The notes under the pieces: model-generated
The model's database searches: none
The model's input: only the letters and a program-made list of their open reading frames with translations
Told to the model about the DNA's origin: nothing
Assembly (NCBI RefSeq): GCF_036321535.1
Contig: NC_087436.1
Location: forward strand, 84,632,001-84,696,000
Source of the DNA: Camelus dromedarius
Lineage: Eukaryota
Reading direction: 5' to 3'
Length of the DNA: 64,000 bases
Part shown: piece after piece, positions 53,131 through 64,000 of the stretch
How the letters are laid out: each line of letters opens with the position of its first letter
How positions within the stretch are numbered: position 1 is the stretch's first letter
Made by a program: the position numbers and the translations under genes

Positions 53131-54221
53131 CACAGCTCCCCTAAATCCTGCAGTTCCCCTCTCACTATATTCATCACACATAAGTGTAACCACTTATTTA
53201 AAGTTTACCTTTCAGAGTATGCCGTAAACTCAAGGAAGGCAGAATATGAGTCCCTCCTGGTCTGTATCTCCTCACCAGCAGTTTCTTAGCACATAGGTGC
53301 CTTTCAACGTATCTGTTTAAATGAAACTACTTTAAAAGGAAAATTTAAGGTGAAGACATAGAGTAAATTTAAAACTCCTCATTAAAAACTTTTTATACAA
53401 ATTAATGATAGCTTGAAATTCTATCAGCCAATGAAATAAATCCTCCTCCTTTATAAGTGGGCACCTGGAGCAACTCAACTGGGAATCCAATGCTGCAGAC
53501 CACAACATCCTATAATACCCTCCCCAAAGCTACACTGTCTGAAGGACTCCTGTATGCTCTAGCTAGCTTCCCTACAGGAAGTGGAGCCCATGGGCAGCAG
53601 CTTAACAGCAGACATCCTATCAAGAAAAGTGATAGGGGTCAGAAAAAAAACCTGCAAAGTGAACCCTCGGGTAACAAAAGCAGCAACGGAGCAGTGAGGG
53701 AGAGAGAAGCATCGTGTTTGCAGCTTAACAAAAAGAAGGCTAAGAAGCCCTGTGTCTGGAGCAATACAAGCTCCTTTCACTGAGAACGTGACCCAATTTA
53801 GCTGGCACACGCAATCCCGCTTCGGAGTTGAGGTATGCACTTTTCAAGACACGTACGTTTGTACTCCTAGACTTCTGCAGGGCGTTCTACGTGGCGCGCT
53901 TTACTGGAGATTCTAAGTATTAATTAATCTACTCAAAACTAAAGGAAACGATCTCTATAAAGAATTTGAGATTGTATTACTGTGAAACAATGAAAATAAT
54001 TTGCCAGCATCTGGTCTCTGAGGTGCACCCACATACGTAAACTCAAATAAAAACTAAGTAATAAGTCCTATTTGCATGACCCCTACAAAGCACCTCCACA
54101 TGCAGTATATGGTTTCAGTAAAGGCTCCGAGGGAGGAAGTAACTTGGCATCAGTCCATTTGGTTAGAAATGGCTGAGACAATACTTCAACCTAGGCCTTT
54201 GACACCAAACCCATTGTTCTT

Positions 54222-54550
54222 TTTTCCTTCCAGTTTTATTGAGATATAATTGACGTATAGCACTTTTATCAGTTTAAGGTGTATGGTCCAAAGATTTGAC
54301 TTATGCACATTATAAAACGATTACAATAAGTTTAATGAATATCCATCATCTCATATAGATACAAAGTTAAAGACATAGAAAAAAATTTTTTTCCCTTATA
54401 TTGAGAACTCTTGGGATTTATTCTCTTAACTTTCATATATAACATAGAGCAGTGTTAATATTTATCATGTTGTACATGATACCCCTAGCACTTAATTTAT
54501 CTTATAACTGGAAGTCGGTACCTCTTGACTGCCTTCATCCAATTCCCCGT
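54222..54550 (-). mobile_element. L1MA-like 3' end
   Basis: ttttattgagatataattgac...tgagaactcttgggatttattctctt; TSD-like attgttcttt. Confidence 0.85.
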
Positions 54551-54849
54551 CCTCTCTCTATTGTTCTTTCTACTGCCTCAAAACTCACAGGTAAATAGTG
54601 GTAAAGTGAGTATTTCTTAAATTTACAACTGCAAGTTATTGCTTTACTCTGGATGTATGACTAGCATGTGTAAATACTAACAAAATCCCAGCTCGCCTGC
54701 TACACTACCTACATGACATTTAGGAAGATGTTTATTTAGCTTCTTTTGAGCTTTAGTTTCCTCATCCATAGAATGAGTATAATAATGTCAACTGCACAGG
54801 GTTATCATGAGTATTCACTGAGAGGGAGGGTTTGGGATTCAGTGAGAAA

Positions 54850-56050
54850 CAAACAAGACTCTTCTATCTTAGAAGAGAGCACAGTCCATAAGGGAGACAT
54901 TGGTATCAACAAATAACTGCAACAAAGGTGGTGACAGAGGGATGCACAATGTGTGGGATCAAATGTGAGCTGAGTTTTGAAGTCCATGAAAAGGAACAGC
55001 ACAAGAAGAGGCATAGAAGCATGAAAGAGCATGGACTGCTCCTAGAAGTCTGCAAAGGTGGTATTACTAGAGGGTAAAGTGGACAAAGAACGTCAGGAAC
55101 TGGGTCTGGAGAGGAGGAGGAGCCAGACCATGGAGGTACCTAAGGAAGTGGGGTTTCATTCTGCAGATGATGGGTTGCTGCTAAAGATGTGATGTGGTAA
55201 GAGGTGTGAATTTTAGATATGGCTACAGAGGGAAGGATGAATTTATGGAGGACAAAACTAGAAAAAAGGAAAGCAGAGAGAGGTGACGAGGGCTCGAATT
55301 AGTGACTGGTGGCAGAGGAGGAGGGATACAGAGGAGAGGCAGTGGCGAGACAAATTCAGCAGAACTTGCTAAGTGATTGGGTAGGAAGGGAGTAGACAAA
55401 GGAGAAACTTCAAGATCTAGGAGGATGTTCATGCTTCTGGCTTGGGTGACTTGGTTGATGGAGACGGGGAACAAAAGAAGAGCTTCCAGTTTTGGGGAGA
55501 TGGTATTGAAGTTAGTTTTGCATAGACTGAATTTTGTGATGTCTGTGGGGAGTTTAACTAGTTCATCCAGCAGGCATCTGGATAAAGGAGTGTGAGGTTG
55601 AGGAGGAAAGGCTGGAGTGGAGATGCACTTTTGGCAGAGCCACAAACATGGAGGCGATAGTCAACACCTCAAGAATGAACAAAACCAGCTCAAGAAAGCA
55701 TGTAGGGGAAGACAGTTTTGAAAAGCACCCAGGGGAGGGAAACCACAACACTAAAGCGGTGGGCAGAGAGCGAGCCAAGACCGGAGACTGCATGAGAAGG
55801 GGCAGAGAAGCATGAGAAGGAGCCAAGCAACCTGGTAATAAGGTATCTCAGTGCATCAGTGGCCAACAGTGTCTCTGCAACAAAGATGCTCAGTTCGGGA
55901 AGGACTGAAAGAGTGTCCATTCCATGCATCAAAGCCAAAACCACTAGTGATTCTTCCGAAAGAAAAAAGGGCAGATAGTGCATTTTTGGAGAGTTGGGGG
56001 GAACTATTACCAAATTACTGAGATGAACAAGTGAATAGAAGGTGAAAACA
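54850..56050 (-). mobile_element. L2 LINE fragments
   Basis: gaacttgctaagtgattgg; tgaattttgtgatgtctgtgg; ggactgaaagagtgtccatt. Confidence 0.7.
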
Positions 56051-57032
56051 TGGAGTGTAGACTTCTTTTTCAAATGTGCCTGCCCGAGGACAGGAGGAAA
56101 GTGTTCAGAGTGGTTCTGGAATCAAAACCCCAAGGTCATAATCAGACCCCATGGCATGAATGGGGGCTGGGCCTCCTCACCAACTGCCCCACCAATGCAA
56201 CAGTGGAGGAAGCTGCAAGAAACTCTCTGGGCTGTGCCGGGAAAGTGATGTGGCTGGACAGTTCCCGACTGCCGTGGAAATCAGGTTAAGAGGAGAAAAC
56301 AGGAGGGGGCCCTGGACTGGGGTGTATGGGTGGGGGAAGAGGTAGAGGGAAAGTGGGGGAGTTTGGGGGTGTGGCTCATTGCGCCCTCTTCTGGGTCTTG
56401 TCCTCCAGGAAACCAAAAAGCCAGCACCTGCCAACATGAACTAAGGGGACACTTTTAACTAGAACCCTGGACTGCTGGTTGAGTGTGAGTAACAGGACTC
56501 TATCAGAACTCTATCAGAAAGGAAGGACTGGGGCATTTTTTAACATTCACTCCTGCCGCCTCCTCCTGCCATTCCCTGTTCCCTCCCGGCAGCTCCTTTC
56601 CAGAATTCAGAGTTGCTGGGGTCAGGCCTACTTAATACTCATTTCTTTGCTTGAGGGCAATAAAATGGCTGCTTGCCTTTTTGTAAAAGAAAGGTCACAT
56701 CTCCATCTGTAAAGAAAGCCATTCCTCTAACTAGTTTGCTTCTCTAGGCAATTTGTATGCAGTAAGAAATTTGGGGGAGTGCGACAAAGGGTAAACAGTA
56801 ATATGCTTGGAAAGTTGAAAAACAGGACTGAGAAGTGAAATCAAATTTAAAACCGAGAAAATTACAAAAGAGAAGCTATATCATGAATAAATACATAATA
56901 TTTAAAATAAAACAAAAACAAGCAAATAAAACCCCTTGCCTCCAGAATCTACTCTTCAGTTTGATGTTCCTTGGAGTCTTATATCTAAACAACTGTTTTA
57001 CTTTTTTCTCCTCCTTTTCTCCTTTATATAGT

Positions 57033-57238
57033 TTGGGGTGGGCAAACTAAGACAGAGGGGCCAAATCAGCCCACACCCTGCTTACGTGTGGCCTACGAGC
57101 TAAGAATGTTTTTTATATTTTTTTAAGGGTTATAAAAGACAAATAAAACCAAAGCAGAATCTCAACAGATACCATACTCAGCCTGGGAAGCCTAAAATAT
57201 TTACTTCCTGGTCCATTACAGGAAAACTTCTTCCCCTG
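57033..57238 (+). mobile_element. MER58C-like hAT-Charlie element
   Basis: ggcaaacta...gggccaaatcagccc...cgagctaagaatg...aagcctaaaatatttact...cccctg. Confidence 0.8.
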
Positions 57239-57819
57239 GTGTAGATGAAGATTTTGGTGCCCAGGAGGGCAGACTTTCTTGAAGCCACACACCTGTTTTG
57301 CAGGAGAACTTCCACAAGAATCCTAGACTCCCACTCTCCCAACCACACCCTGCAGAGCTAATAGGACTGTCAGCCAAACAGACTTGTATTAATTCCCACT
57401 TGAAAATAAAAAAGGGGAATCGTTAAGGTCTCTGAGAGAGCCACGTACATAAACGTTAAAATAAAAGATTCTACTACAAATTTTTTAAGGACTCCTGGCT
57501 GAGAAATGTGAAATGGGAGGGAAATATTTAGTGATGGACAACACACATTCCTCAGATTTGCCTTTTCTACATTCACCTTTTCCTCCTAAGATGCCTCCTG
57601 AAATCTATTCTCATCTCTGTCACCTGGATAGGAACGTTTGCAGAGAAGGTCTGTCAGGGAGTATGGTTTGTTCTTGGCCAGGCACTAGCACTCCACTCAA
57701 ACCCACGCATTAAACCAAACTGTGAAGTTCTGTGACAATCACACCACCTGTAGTGAAGGCCATGCCAAGAGATTTTGATGTGGCTTAAGTGGTGACCCAG
57801 GTCAAAATGTCCCTCTCTC

Positions 57820-57900
57820 TCTTTTTTTCCTTTAATGGAGGTATTCCAGGACCGCATGCATGCCAAGCATGCACTCTATGACTAAGCTATATCCAACCCC
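57820..57900 (-). mobile_element. tRNA-Ala-derived camelid SINE, internally deleted
   Basis: tttaatggaggta...gcatgcatgccaagcatgcactct...agctatatcc. Confidence 0.8.
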
Positions 57901-58443
57901 GCAAGAATATCTCTTTTAATACTTAAAACAGTTTCCTATGTAATTCATTTACCTAACCTTTGATGAATAATGTGTAATGATCAAAACTCACCTTGAAATG
58001 CCCAAAGAAAATTTATATGGTAATAAGCCCTGCATAAATCTTTCCAACTAACCAGATGATTTTCCGTTTTACCTCTCTGTCCTGCATGGCCATTCATAAA
58101 CAACTCCGCTGGGGGCAGTTATTTACTACCATTACTAAGAAAGGGTAGTGATAATTTATCTGTCTTTATAAATCACAACACATCCCCAGTCATCTCATCA
58201 GACATTTCTTAGTGCCCCTGGCTTCATTCTGTCCTGGAGCCGGGCAGAGCTGACCCGACAGGAACAATATGATAAACATCATCATAAATGTCCTAAAAAC
58301 CAAGAAGCCGGGACAAAAGGAGAAATGCAAATTTCATACTGAGTATTACTTCTGAATGTTAAATTTTAGAATCAAGCCCAATTTTTTTCACGAAAATACT
58401 AGGACATAATCATAAATAATAGAACCCAAGTATAATGACTTAC

Positions 58444-58465
58444 CTGAGTGTTCTTTTCATGTCAT
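58444..58465 (-). other. Candidate 22-nt exon ATGACATGAAAAGAACACTCAG
   Basis: About 90-nt AG-free pyrimidine-rich tract, acceptor ttttcctaag, perfect donor CAG|gtaagt. Confidence 0.4.
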
Positions 58466-59769
58466 CTTAGGAAAATACAAAAATTCAAGAGAAAAAAAGA
58501 AGGAAAGACGGAGAGAAGGAAAGAGGGAAGGAGGTGAGGAGAGGGATAAAAAGAAAAATCCTCAGCCCAATGTAGTTCCATGGCCCCTGAACTCTCCCAG
58601 TTACTTTTATTATTTGTGGTACTTTCACTGGTCTTTTGGGGTGAAGCGGATAACCCACCTGTCCTTACAGTACCCTAGCATGCTTCTAATTACACACGTC
58701 AAATATCTTGTTCCTTATAGCTCCCCATTGAACTGATTCATTTGTAGGTCCTTGTGGATTTCTAGTAAACACATTTTTAACCAATAATCAATTTTTAAGA
58801 AAATTCACAATGAATCTAGGATGGATATAGATCCTACTTACAATAATCAAACAAAAAAACTCCAAGTGTTTTTCTATTCTAAATTGAGCCTATTTATTGC
58901 ATCAAGAAATGTAGGTGGGCTTGGGTATGGTATGGTATGACAGGGTAGGGGACAGAACGTATGCATGTATTTACTGTGTATGTGTTTATGTGTTTACTCC
59001 TGCAGCTCAACTTAACCTGTCAATTGACAGTTAATTTTTCACTTTGTCCACTAAGGAGAAAGAACTCTTTTGGGGAGCCCCTTGTCTTTAATAAATGAAT
59101 TAATTGTTCACTGCCAATGATACATTTTTCAGGCCATTATTTAATCCGCTGCTTACCTAGTAACAAACTGTAAAAAACATTTTTATCCTGGATACATTCA
59201 GGGTCCAAGATCCTTTCTAATAATAACAAAGAATGAAAGAAAGGCAATTTTCCTACTTCTGAAAAAGATCTGGTCTCATTTGCTTTTGGTCGGTATCTTG
59301 GTATCACTTCTACAGTTAATTACAACAAGGAAAAACTATTCTGACCTCCTTACAACTGCCTCCAGCATCCGTCTTTGGCTCTGAGTATAGAAGCAGGAGA
59401 AAGCAGAACCTGCATAGGAACGCGTGTCCTTCATGTCTCTAATTCTGAGCATCTGCCTCTTTAGTCTGTAGTTTTTCTTTCTGTATCTCTCCATCTCTGT
59501 CTTTCTCTCTGACTTACCTATTCCTCTTGTTTCTATTTTCCACTCTTTCTTCTTTTCCCCAACCTTCCTGTTTCATTGCTCCTGACAGGCCATCATGCAG
59601 AAAAAAAACTATACATTTAAAACGTTTCTAAAAATTTTATTGAATAGAATGCTATGTCCTCTGTTCTTGGAACCCTGAGAAGGAGCTTTTGATTTTTACC
59701 AAATCTTAAAAGCCTACCCCATAAGTTATATCTATTCCTACTTCCATATATGAAATTCTATCCTTTCTT

Positions 59770-60597
59770 CAAAGTTCACCATCATTTACCCAGTTGCTTT
59801 AGCCAGAAATCTAGAACTCATCTTTGAATTCTATTTCCTCATCTCCCATTTCAAAGCCACGCACAGATCTTGTGGGCTCTACACCCCAAATATATCCCAA
59901 ATCTACCCACTTCACCCCCTGCCCCTATCACCCTTCTGTAGAAGACACTGTAAGTCTCTCACTTGGACTTCTACAGTTGCCCCCTGTTTAGTACCCCTGC
60001 TTTTGCTCTTGCCTTCCCTAAATCCATTCTTTACACAGTGTCCACAATGAAATTCTAAAAGAGAAACCAGCTCACGGCCCTCCCTTGCTCAAACACCTCC
60101 CATTGTTTGCCATTGCAATTAGCATTTAATCCGAATTTCTTATCCAAAAACCTACATACACATTCACATGATCTGCTCCCTACCAACCTCTCTGATCTCA
60201 TCTTTTTGTCCCTTAAACATATAAAGCTCCTTCCTGCGTTAGGGCTTGGGCACTGGATGCCCTGCTATCTGAGGGGCCCAGATGTCATCGCATGGCTGCT
60301 TCCTTGTCATTCAGGCCTCAGCTAAAATGTCACCACTTCAAAGCAGCCTATGTTGACCAACAGTCTAAAGTAACCTCCCAAGGCACTCTATCACACCACC
60401 CTATAGGAACTAACACTACAGTTCTGCAGAGCCATTGTCAACGATTTCTTGTTAAATAGATTTTTCCTTTGTTTATTGTCTTGTTCTTCCACCAGAATGT
60501 AAGAACTTCAAGAGCAGAAAACTGGTCAGTCTTGTCCACTGCTGTATGCCCAATACCTAGAGAGGTTCCAGGAACTTAGTAAGATCTCAATAAACTT
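59770..60597 (+). mobile_element. L2 LINE 3' part
   Basis: ccagttgctttagccagaaatctag; caggcctcagctaaaatgtcacc; tail resumes after the L1 at ~61862 (ttattgaatgaatgaa). Confidence 0.85.
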
Positions 60598-60599
60598 CT

Positions 60600-61862
60600 T
60601 TAAAAATTATTTTTTATTTTTTAAACTTTTTAATTTTTATACAATTTTAAAGGTTACTTTCCATTTATAGTTATTACAAAATATTGGCTATATTCATCAT
60701 GTTGGGCAATACATCCTTGAGCCTATTTTATATCCAATGGTTTGTGCCTCCCACCCTCCCCACCCCATTTCTGCTCCTTCCTGCCCCCCCACTGGTAACC
60801 ACTAGTTTGTTCTCTATGTCTGTAAGTCTGCTTCTTTTTTGTTATATTCACTGGATGTTGTATTTTTTAGATTCCACATATAAGTGATATCATCCAGTAT
60901 TTGTCTTCCTCTGTCTGACTTATTTCACTTAGCATAATGCCCTCCAAGTCCATCTACTTTGTTGCAAATAGCAAAATTTCACTATTTTTTATGGTTGAGT
61001 AGTATTCCATTGTAGACATATTCTTTATCCATTCATCTGTTGATGGACACAGGCTGTTTCCATATTTTGGCAATTATAAATAATGCTGCTGTGAACATTG
61101 AGTGGATATATATCTTTTTGAATTCATGTTTTTGTTTTATTTTGATATATACCCAGGAGTGGAACTGCTGGGTCATATGGTAGTTCTATTTTTAGTTTTT
61201 TGAGAAACCTCCATATTGTTTTCCACAACAGCTGCACCATTTACATCCCACCAATGGTGTACGAGGGGTCTCTCTTCTCCATATCCTCGCCAACATTTGT
61301 TATTTTTGTTCTTTTTGAAGAAAGCCACTCCTATTAGATCATATTAGATCATTTTTCTGATGATTAGCAATGTTGAGCATCTTTTCATGTGCCTGTTGGC
61401 CATCTGCACCTCCTCTTTGGAAAAATGTTTCTTCAGTTCTTTTGCCCATTTCTTAATCAGTTTGTTTGCTTGTTTTGATGTTGAGTTGCACAAGTTATTT
61501 ATATATGTTGGATAGTAATCCCTTGTCAGTCATATCATTTGCAAATATTTTCTACCATTCAGTAGGTTGTCTTTTCATTTTGTCAATCGTTTCCTTTGCT
61601 ATACAAAAGCTTTTACGTTTAATCAGGTCCCATTTGCTTATTTTTGCTTTTATTTCCTTTATTTTGGGAGACGGATCCAAAAAAATATTCCTGCAATTTT
61701 TATCAAAGGGTGTTCTGCCTATGTTTTCCTCTAGGAGTTTTATAGTATCCAGTCTTAAATTTAGGTCTTTAATCTATTTTGAGTTTATTTTTGTATGTGG
61801 TGTGAGAAAATGTTCTAATTTCATTCTTTTACACGTAACTGTCCAGTGGTCCCAGCACCACT
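60600..61862 (-). mobile_element. L1 (ORF2 3' part and 3' UTR) inserted in the L2 tail
   Basis: cctatgttttcctctaggagttttatagt, tatacccaggagtggaactgctggg, ttttagattccacatataagtg. Confidence 0.93.
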
Positions 61863-62350
61863 TATTGAATGAATGAACAAAAACCCTACAGTCTTTCCAA
61901 AGCCCTCCTTAACTACTCTAGCCTACAATGATATTTTTCCTTTATAACTTCAGAGCATTAATTTGATTCTTTGGGTCCTGCTGCATCTCTTATACTGATG
62001 CTTTCACTTAATATATTATTTAACTTTTCATGATATCACCATTATCAAACACAAATATTAACTACCTTAAATATTAAGTATGTACCTCCCTACAGTTGAA
62101 TGAATAGAGGCAGGAAACAAACAATACTTTGGTCAGAAAAGTAATCAGTAATCAGTAATTAACCTGAGCATTCTACCTCAAGGAGATCTTTGAATTTCTG
62201 ACAGTCATACTGTGCAGGTGCTCAGATCATTAAAAATAAAACTGTATGTGATACATTCTCCATAAACCATCCAGGTGGGTCTTAGGCAAAATGGCACTAA
62301 GTATAAAGTGGTATTGATATGAAAGAATTTGAATAGAAGACATCATGCAG

Positions 62351-62552
62351 ACTAACTACTATATATAAAATAGATAAACAACAAGTTTATACTGTATAGC
62401 ACAGGGAACTACATTTACTATTTTATAGTAACCTATAATGAAAAAGAATATGAAAACAAATATATGTACACATTTATAGGACTGAAACATTATGCTATAC
62501 ACCATAAATTGACACAACATCATAAGATGACTATACTTCATTAAAAAAAAAA
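62351..62552 (+). mobile_element. Young L1 3' end
   Basis: ctgtatagcacagggaactac...poly-A; TSD aagacatcatgcag / aagacgtgatgcag. Confidence 0.9.
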
Positions 62553-63540
62553 AAGACGTGATGCAGGTGTTTAATTTGATCTCTGGTAACAAGATAATTG
62601 GGACAAGAGAAAATGAGTTTACAGATCTAATGTAGCTTGAGAAATAAGACATTTTTAGGAATTTTGTTTTTAGAAAGAAGGGCATCACTACTCTTAGCAG
62701 ATCATTTGTCTTTGTTAATAAAGGTCTGATGTCCTGGTTGCTGGGTGGGTGCCTTTAGGGGTAATAAATATTTTAAGTCTTGTCACCTTGACTTTGCCAC
62801 TGAAACTATCTGTTGATGAGAGAGGGGACTTTATTTTGTAACTATATCTTCTAGAAAACTGACCTTACTAACGAGTTGGCAAGCTACCACCATCTACCAC
62901 AGCCTGTGCCCTACTCTAGCTCAAAGGAGGTTCCGTGAGGGTGCGAACCACTCTTTAGTTTATAATCAGAGATTATCTGACAAACAAAACAAGAAGTCTT
63001 TAATCACCCATGTAGTAACATGTGTGTGTGTTGTAACAGCCCTGTTAAAAAAAAAGAGAAAACAAAAGAAAATGTATGTAGGGCTTCTTAAGCAGACGTG
63101 ACATGTGATCTCTGGACACGCCACAATAGGCCCTGAAGACGGGGGAAGATCTGGTGCAACTTAGTATCTGATCCAGTGGACTTGGTTGCTTACAAATAAT
63201 ATAAGATGATTTACACACATCAAGTTTAGAATTGTACTATCTCTGAAAAAAAGTACAGCATTTTATGGGCCAGAACCCATAATCACATTTCCAGCAAATG
63301 CTACTATTTTGAAATAATTCCTTTCATTTTTTTACCATGTTTTGTAACATTGTTCTGAAAGGTAATTTAAAATATTTGATACTCAGCTAGTAACACAACT
63401 CAGAAGCATTAGAAAATGGTCCTTATGAGTTGCCGTTTCCCTCATTCTGGCCGGCATTTCCCTTCTCGTGTCACTCTGCTAGTGCTCACGTTCTGATCCT
63501 TCAAATTATTAAACCGTTCAAATGGTAAACCTACACTCAC

Positions 63541-63564
63541 CTTCTTGGGGGAAAGACAAATCTG
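63541..63564 (-). other. Candidate frame-preserving microexon (24 or 21 nt)
   Basis: Minus strand ttaactgtgcaatag|cag|ATTTGTCTTTCCCCCAAGAAG|gtgagt. Confidence 0.4.
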
Positions 63565-64000
63565 CTATTGCACAGTTAAAGTTGAGTTTTTTCATTTTTA
63601 AAGAAGGGGAAGATTAAAAGCAAAAGTTATTGGGGGGCATAAGAAATAAGTTTGGTTTTGATCCAGATGCAATTAACAATTATTAGGCAAAAGGCCAAAT
63701 CTTGAGTGCCTACCCCATAAAACATGTCTATTCCTACCTCCTCGGAAGCAGGAAAAAAAATCCAGAACAGTGTGATGATTCAAATATGAAGTAATTTAAA
63801 ATCTGTTTTTAAAATCTTCCCTCCACAAATGAAATCAGAAAGGAGATATCTCTGCATGTAGACCTTTAGAGTTGGCTAAAACCTTCGGTATACACAGTGC
63901 ACTGAGAAGTCCATTCAGCCTGGCTCTGAAGTTGTTTTGGGAAAACCTCCAGTGCCTGGTGTCTGGGCCAGCACGGTGCCTTTAAATGGCTTCCCCTGCC

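Noticed and set aside
55223..56073. 140-aa and 127-aa minus-strand ORFs
   Set aside because: Lie within decayed L2 sequence.
57985..58015. Possible recursive splice site (tttcaag|gtgagt, minus strand)
   Set aside because: AAG rather than YAG and an interrupted pyrimidine tract; the possible upstream exon has stops in all frames.
61466..61876. 136-aa hydrophobic ORF
   Set aside because: Antisense reading of L1 ORF2.
1..64000. CRISPR array, prokaryotic operon or viral coding region
   Set aside because: No spacer-separated repeats or long ORFs; content is typical mammalian interspersed repeats.

Overview
Mammalian, repeat-rich non-coding DNA, most likely from a camelid (camel, alpaca or vicuna). 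It carries six copies of a tRNA-Ala-derived SINE resembling the camelid Vic-1 family and many cetartiodactyl-type L1 3' ends. These sit on an ancient eutherian background of L1M, L2, MIR, MLT1 and hAT MER elements. I cannot support any complete protein-coding gene, rRNA, functional tRNA or CRISPR array; the ORF track is short chance ORFs and L1 ORF2 remnants. The window looks like part of a long intron of a minus-strand gene that I cannot name: the + strand appears A-rich, L1s are mostly on +, and the best splice signals are on the minus strand. The best leads are: a candidate SRRM4-type neural microexon with a NAGNAG acceptor (63541-63564); a 22-nt candidate exon with a long AG-free pyrimidine tract (58444-58465); a candidate intronic poly(A) site (~33690); a perfect NRF2/MAF ARE (15882); a CTCF-like site (21535); and a palindrome-rich unique block (45-46 kb). 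I see no convincing previously undescribed system. Repeat family names come from recalled consensus sequences, and boundaries of old elements are approximate.
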